This document shows positions 58,269 through 64,000 of a DNA stretch of 64,000 bases, in pieces (the first letter of the stretch is position 1; the number at the start of each line of letters is the position of its first letter). The position numbers were made by a program, and so were the translations under genes. The notes beneath the pieces are model-generated. The model was not told the DNA's origin, searched no databases, and was given only the letters and a program-made list of their open reading frames with translations. The stretch covers positions 17,608,001 to 17,672,000 of the forward strand of contig CM060733.1 in NCBI GenBank assembly GCA_030704615.1, written 5' to 3'. This DNA is from Takakia lepidozioides. Its lineage: Eukaryota; Plantae; Bryophyta.

Positions 58269-60694
58269 GTCCACTGACCCAAGAGAGAGGAGAAGGTACC
58301 CGACCTCTTATTGTTGGCAACATCTGTGGACGAGATTCCTCCTCTGACCCTTACTCGGCAGAAACAATTCCAGCAGGTCCTTACATATGCCTCTTCCCAA
58401 TTGAAGAGCGTATCTAAGAAACGAAAACAGTTGAGTATTGGCCCCCGAGGGGCTCAAGTTCCAACGACACTGGGGCTCTGCGAGCCTCGTAGCAGGCAGT
58501 ACCTCGTTGCGCACCGAAACATGCGTTCAGTTGGATGCCAGCGTAATGTCTGCCCTTCTGAAGCACCCTATGCTTTCGAATTTGCCCCTAACAATAAAAC
58601 GCTTGCTGAGTGAATCCTGTGTAAGAATCCAATGGATGTATGTTGTACCTTTGTAAAACAAAAAAAGCTGAGTGAAGTCAATTCCGCTGTAGAATTTTCC
58701 GGTACCTAGAATGTACTGCTTGACCATTGATGAGTCTGTGCAGGTGCTTTTGCCACTGTGAGAGAATCCGAGCCTCCACATTGCCTACCTACGGTTGAGT
58801 TCGCAAGTGATTCATTCGCACCAAACTTGGTAGTACTAATTAGTGAAATGCACTAGTTAATGATCATTTACATTACCTTCTTTGCAACTTCAGCCCACTT
58901 TCCAGTATTCAGCATTCACTTATGAAAATTATGTAGCTCAGGCATTACTGCCGCCTAGCTACAGTAGCTAGTGGGAGATAACTTAGATATCTAACCATCG
59001 TCAAGGATGCCTGAACGGGTGGTCCAAAGTGACAGTAAAGAAGAAGTGAGATGCAGAAGCATCTTCCTTGTTCATTTTCCACATGTGCTGCGGGTCATTA
59101 AATTACAGTACGGACCTTACAATGCTCTCAGGCAGAAGTAAAGTAAAGAGCGGTGGCTTGGCAGTTGGCCGAGCCTCCGAACAAGAGTGCAGCGGCCGCC
59201 CTTGGGCAGTGACAGCGTCAGATCAGCCTTCCCCCGCAGCCCCTTCCATAGTTATTGTTGTCAGGGCCGCCCTGCGCAGTGCACCGTTGGGTTAGCCGTT
59301 GGCTACAGCCCACCACTCTGGTCTCTGCACACACCCCACCGCTTTAAAAAGGCAAGTGGGTTTATGATTTTACTACGTTGGCTTCAGTTTACTGTCATTC
59401 TTCTCCTGTGTCTCCTCTTGGCCTAGCACCCTAGGGTTGTGGAATGTGGTGTCACCCACTTGAAAAAGCCTTGGCACAGATCACGATTCACCGCATTGGC
59501 AAGGAAATAGAAGTTGTGAAGACATTTTGTACGGAGGGAGAGTTTTTGTTTCAAAATCAGGAGTTAGACAGTCGCACAGGCGGTCCGTTGTCGTTATAAT
59601 ATTGCAAACTGTGGTCTCTAAATAGAGCTGTCTGCTTGGACTTAATTTGCGTTTCCTGCTTACAGCGATCTTCAAGTTCCTCTTGACATTGGCCATATCC
59701 TAGAACTATATCAGCTAATGGACAAAATTGGAAGCTGGCAAGTAGTCTACTCAGTGCGGACATGCGTGTGGCGGGATTTGGGATTGATACTTCAGAAAAG
59801 CAACAAAATCCTTCACCGCCCTGCCCACGCGAGATTTGTGCAATGGGCTGGCTAGTAAGGTCGTTTTACCTTCACAGTGTGAATCATGGAAATCTAAGAC
59901 AGACATTGTCATAGGGAGCACTTTCTAGCAGTCCTTCATGGGGATAAGGTTCATGGATTGGATCTTTGTTTCCCAACATATGAATGGCAGTATTGAGGTT
60001 ATATACATCATTCAGAGAAAAGCAAGAGAAGACATATTTGGTATCAAGTTTGATAGCAACAAACAAAAAATGTTGAGGCTCGCTAGCAAGATTTCAGTCT
60101 GGGCAACCGTCAAAATAAGGTGAAAGTAAGGTAGCGTTACATCTATCACAACACATCACTTGGCGGACACAACAGCATTGACATCTGAGACCCTTGGGTT
60201 ACAGATAGTGGCGGCGATGTTCGTGGCGGGTGCCACACATTGGCTGGGCACCAACCACCATAATTACTACAAAGTCTCTCGCTGCAAATCCACAGTAGTC
60301 AAAATGAAATTGATTTCCTCTATGTAATGCAGGTCTGACCCACCATTGACAAGAGCCAAATTACAGGTGCTTTCTGGACAGATCAAAAGACATCATGAAT
60401 CTCAGTATCAAATTTCAACATTCCCATATGAACTCTTGAAGGGTAAGGTGTGTAAAGAACAATCCAGATACAAGTGAATATTGGAAGCACTTCATTTGCG
60501 AGTGAAGCACAGACATTCAGCAAGTCTAGATTCGATACAAAACATTTGGACACCAATAGACTTCGACAGGATAAATTTTAATTCTGTCATTAACATGATG
60601 CTTACCTTTCGTACCCATACTGGGTCAAAATCTTTAAGTGATGCACAAAATTGAAGAAAAAATGTGGACAACAGTGAAGATGAACAAAAGCCAG

Positions 60695-63441
60695 CTAGCG
60701 TATGCACAGCCTCCGGACTGTGTTGAGGTCCGTGCTTGAATGTCGTCTGCGATCAATTAGTCTGATTTCATAAACCTTTGGCCATTGCTTTCCGGTGACT
60801 GCATCCAACCCAGCAAACAGTGACTTAGTCAACGATGGGACCCTTTAAAGAACGTAAGGAAACTTGGTGATCATTCCAACTACAAAAATTCCACTTAGCA
60901 AGCTGACCAATCTGCCAACTTCGAAGTGTCTGTATCTCCTTCACAGCACCAACATTCGTTAGGACGAGAAAAAGAACGGGCTTTCTTAGGCTAGGGCATC
61001 TGATACAGTAGATCAGAGCACCCTTGAGAAAGTGGTGATGTGCTGCAACTGATTTGGGATCCATTGATAGCAGGACCACAGGAAAAAATCATTGAGCCAC
61101 AATATGCTTTTCCCCCTCTGAGATTCAGGAATCCTTGGAGAAGAAGCAAGCTCTCACCAAATAGCCGATTCTGTTGTCCATCCCAGGCAATGCCATTTAG
61201 CACATCCAGATGCTGTTCAAGAGCAATGAGTGCTAAGTCTTGTTAGAACGACCAACATGAGAGGTTACTGGACTGACAAAACAGGCAGTGTCTAGAACCT
61301 TCACTTAAACTTAGTACACCTAAGTAACAGCACCAAGAGGTTAAATTGTTCATGTTCAGCAATTCAAAATGCTATGTTGCAAATAATTGACAAGCGTAAT
61401 ATCTATGCTTGTGACATTCTATCTGTGAAGGAGCAGTGTCCTAATCCAATAACTAGAACCATCAAGAATAGGAGCGCAAAACATGACTAGCTGTGCTTCA
61501 CTGTGAAGGAGCAAAAAGAATTAGGAGGGGACACAGAGAAAGCAGAAACAGAACCTTCGCACCAGCCGCAAGTAGAGCACTCCTGCAGTCCATGGTAAAA
61601 GAATGTGAGAACACTACAATTGTGGCCTTGCTGATGAGCTCTATTTTCAGGATCAATTCTCCTCATTATAACATTGCTCTCCAATTGTTATTCTGGCATA
61701 TTATGGATGCATACTGAATGTGTTTGAAGGCCACTGGACCTCCTTACAAACCAACACCAATCAGGTGCGACATAAGATTCATATCAGATATGCAGTCTGA
61801 CAACACCAATTAGACAAAGGTTGCCCTTCAGCTCTGCTTCAATGTGTCAAAAGTAGATGCTGGAAAGGTGTACCGCAAGCCATGCATGAGAATCCAGCCA
61901 GTGATCCTGCCATCATTGGGCTTTATCCTTGCAATGCATTCTGTCTGCAAACCACAAAAAAACATACCCACAAAGGGTTATTTAATTCATTGACGGGTGG
62001 GCAGTAATTGCACACTATCCAATACCAGCCTCTGATTAGTTACTCAATTGTGTTTCTAGGTAGAACAGAACCACTGAGATCCCCATAAAAGGTTTGACGC
62101 ACTCCTCTGCAGCCCCAAGAAGACCCCACATAACCAGAGCCGAGAGCCGATTGCATCTGGTTTGACATCTTTCTAATAGGTCTCTGTTAGGGACAGAAGG
62201 TTATGAGAACAGCGTACCTGCCAGACGTTAGCCCAAATCTCACCCTGGACGTACTCCAATTCATTCAGCCATCTCACTACCTGCTCTTCATCTTTGACAG
62301 TTACCTTCCTAAGTTCTGTTCCCAGACATCATTCCATCACTTCTCTAAAGTTACATCAGGTCAAGGGGTCACACCACTAGAATCACTTGCAAGTCTGGGT
62401 CATACACAAGGCCAATGATGCCTCATAGAAATGAAAAAAGCAAGTCAGACTGTCAGCAACAGTATAAAGGGCTACTAAAAGCATTCAAGATATCATCTGT
62501 CATATGCTAAACTCTGCAGCAGGTATTTCATGTTGGCCCCAAGGGAATTGTTTGAGTTCTCCAGTGGGAAAACGGCTGAAAATGATGTGCATTTATCTAG
62601 TTGCAGACTCTACATGAGTGAGCCCTGACATGCAAAAATAAAACCAAAGTGCTAAAGCTTCCAATGACACAGTCACAATCACAGGGTATGTAGTCTTTAG
62701 CCTTTAAGGCCAGTTTTAAAAGTTGCACTCCAAATGAAAAAACATTCAGCATTAAAGACAGACATCACCGTTGATTTTCTTGAGGTCACTACTTGTCCTA
62801 CGAAATCCAGTACTTGTCAAGTCTCAACCGTCATTTCATCACAAAGACTGCTGATTCTTGTTGATGATTTTCAAACAGCAGGTAGGTTGCTTCTCTGTGC
62901 CAGGAAAGATGTTTTCCGCATGAAAAAAGCCCTAGTGAAGAGGGGGAAGGACCTGTGAAGGTGGATGGATCCATGAAGTAGAGATTGGCACTTCCATCAC
63001 TTCCAATTATCTGATCCCCATCTGTTGTCAATCCCCACCCATCTTGCATTGGATGATTGAAGCTACCCAACTGGTGACACACATCAACAGCTGTCAAATC
63101 TCATTGGGCCCCTTTGAAGACTATCAGCAAGTCACCAGTTTGCCGGTTCTCTCATAACCTTTGTAAATTTATTGCAAGATCAGTGGTTAGCCGTAGACAG
63201 ACTCTCCTCGTAATACTTCGTCACTTCGGTCCCCAGCCCAGGTGCATTTCTTAGTCGTTAGAACATTAAATCCCCTGTACCCACTAAACATGATTACATG
63301 CAATACCTCTGTTGATGATTGAAACCCTGTATCATAGCTAGCTTCAGAACATAAAACAGGGCCAGGATGAGAGTGTACAGGTTTAAGAGTCTGTTGGTCG
63401 TATATCAAGCCTTTCTTACTCAGCCATGTCACTTGCAACAA
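60695..63441 (-). CDS. QCT: Glutaminyl-peptide cyclotransferase (plant/bacterial beta-propeller type), 3' exons only
   Basis: Exons encode [56 protein letters not shown]...[12 protein letters not shown]...RLF and [12 protein letters not shown], with the stop at 60695. The 5' exons were not located and probably lie beyond the right edge. Confidence 0.93.
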
Positions 63442-64000
63442 CCTGCAATTGCAAATTCACATTCCCATCAGCCCCTTTGCCTCAAGGACTCGCATAAGAA
63501 AAACCAAGAAAAACCAAGAAAAACCCTGACTAGTTTTTTGAAGTGGAGGCATTGTCTCCATGTGTACGTCCCTATTCTGGACTTTCAGAACACTATCAAA
63601 TAAACACAATGTCTGGCAATGCTGGTAGGTGACCAATTTTTGAAGACCATAGACTGCATCCTAATTTTCCTTGAATGCTGACAATGAAGAAGGACAGGAG
63701 TTCCAGCTATAAAATGAGATGACTACCGAATAGCACCACTAGCTCACTGCTTATCCACAACAAGCCCCTCTCGCTTCAAGGCTGTGCTGGGCTAGAGCCC
63801 ACAACCAGTTTCCCCGTAAAATTCATGATTTACCTTGCATATCATGTTCCTCGTACTCCTGTGCTATGCTTGAATCAGCCTGCTATTCTTCTGCCCAGAA
63901 AGCATCTTGGGCAACATTTTCAAAGCAGTTGTTTAGGGCCCAGCAGTTAAGAGCAACATTACTACCATGGAGAACCATGACGGATGGGACGACCATATAG

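Noticed and set aside
63760-63790. Candidate QCT exon (EGL-like peptide)
   Set aside because: It reads REGLVVDK rather than FGEGLT and lacks suitable splice sites.

Overview
Eukaryotic, intron-rich land-plant genomic DNA. A non-seed plant such as a bryophyte, lycophyte or fern is inferred from the TE types and gene compactness, not proven. There are four host genes. DNA polymerase alpha catalytic subunit (minus strand, 28 visible exons, running off the left edge) and exportin-1/CRM1 (plus strand, about 32 exons, 20886-39824) sit head-to-head across a TE-filled spacer of about 7.7 kb. A secreted GH17 beta-1,3-glucanase with a Pro-rich linker and X8 domain, and the 3' part of a plant-type glutaminyl cyclase, lie on the minus strand. 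The rest is a layered mobile-element landscape. It includes a 3.4-kb RTEX-like LINE in an XPO1 intron plus two truncated copies, a second LINE family with a stem-loop and (CATTT)n tail, a decayed L1, two tRNA-derived SINE families, and Mutator-, hAT- and Tourist-like non-autonomous DNA elements. It also includes a 12-kb nest in which the 5' LTR of a half-tRNA-primed Ty1/copia element is interrupted by a MITE and by a Ty3/gypsy chromovirus. The most unusual observations are the chromovirus with a 295-bp 5' LTR and an apparent 1.6-kb 3' LTR but a perfect TSD (consistent with priming from a cryptic PPT), and a LINE family with essentially no 3' UTR or tail. No CRISPR array, rRNA or intact tRNA gene was found, and I see no clear novel multi-gene system. 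All coordinates were read by eye.
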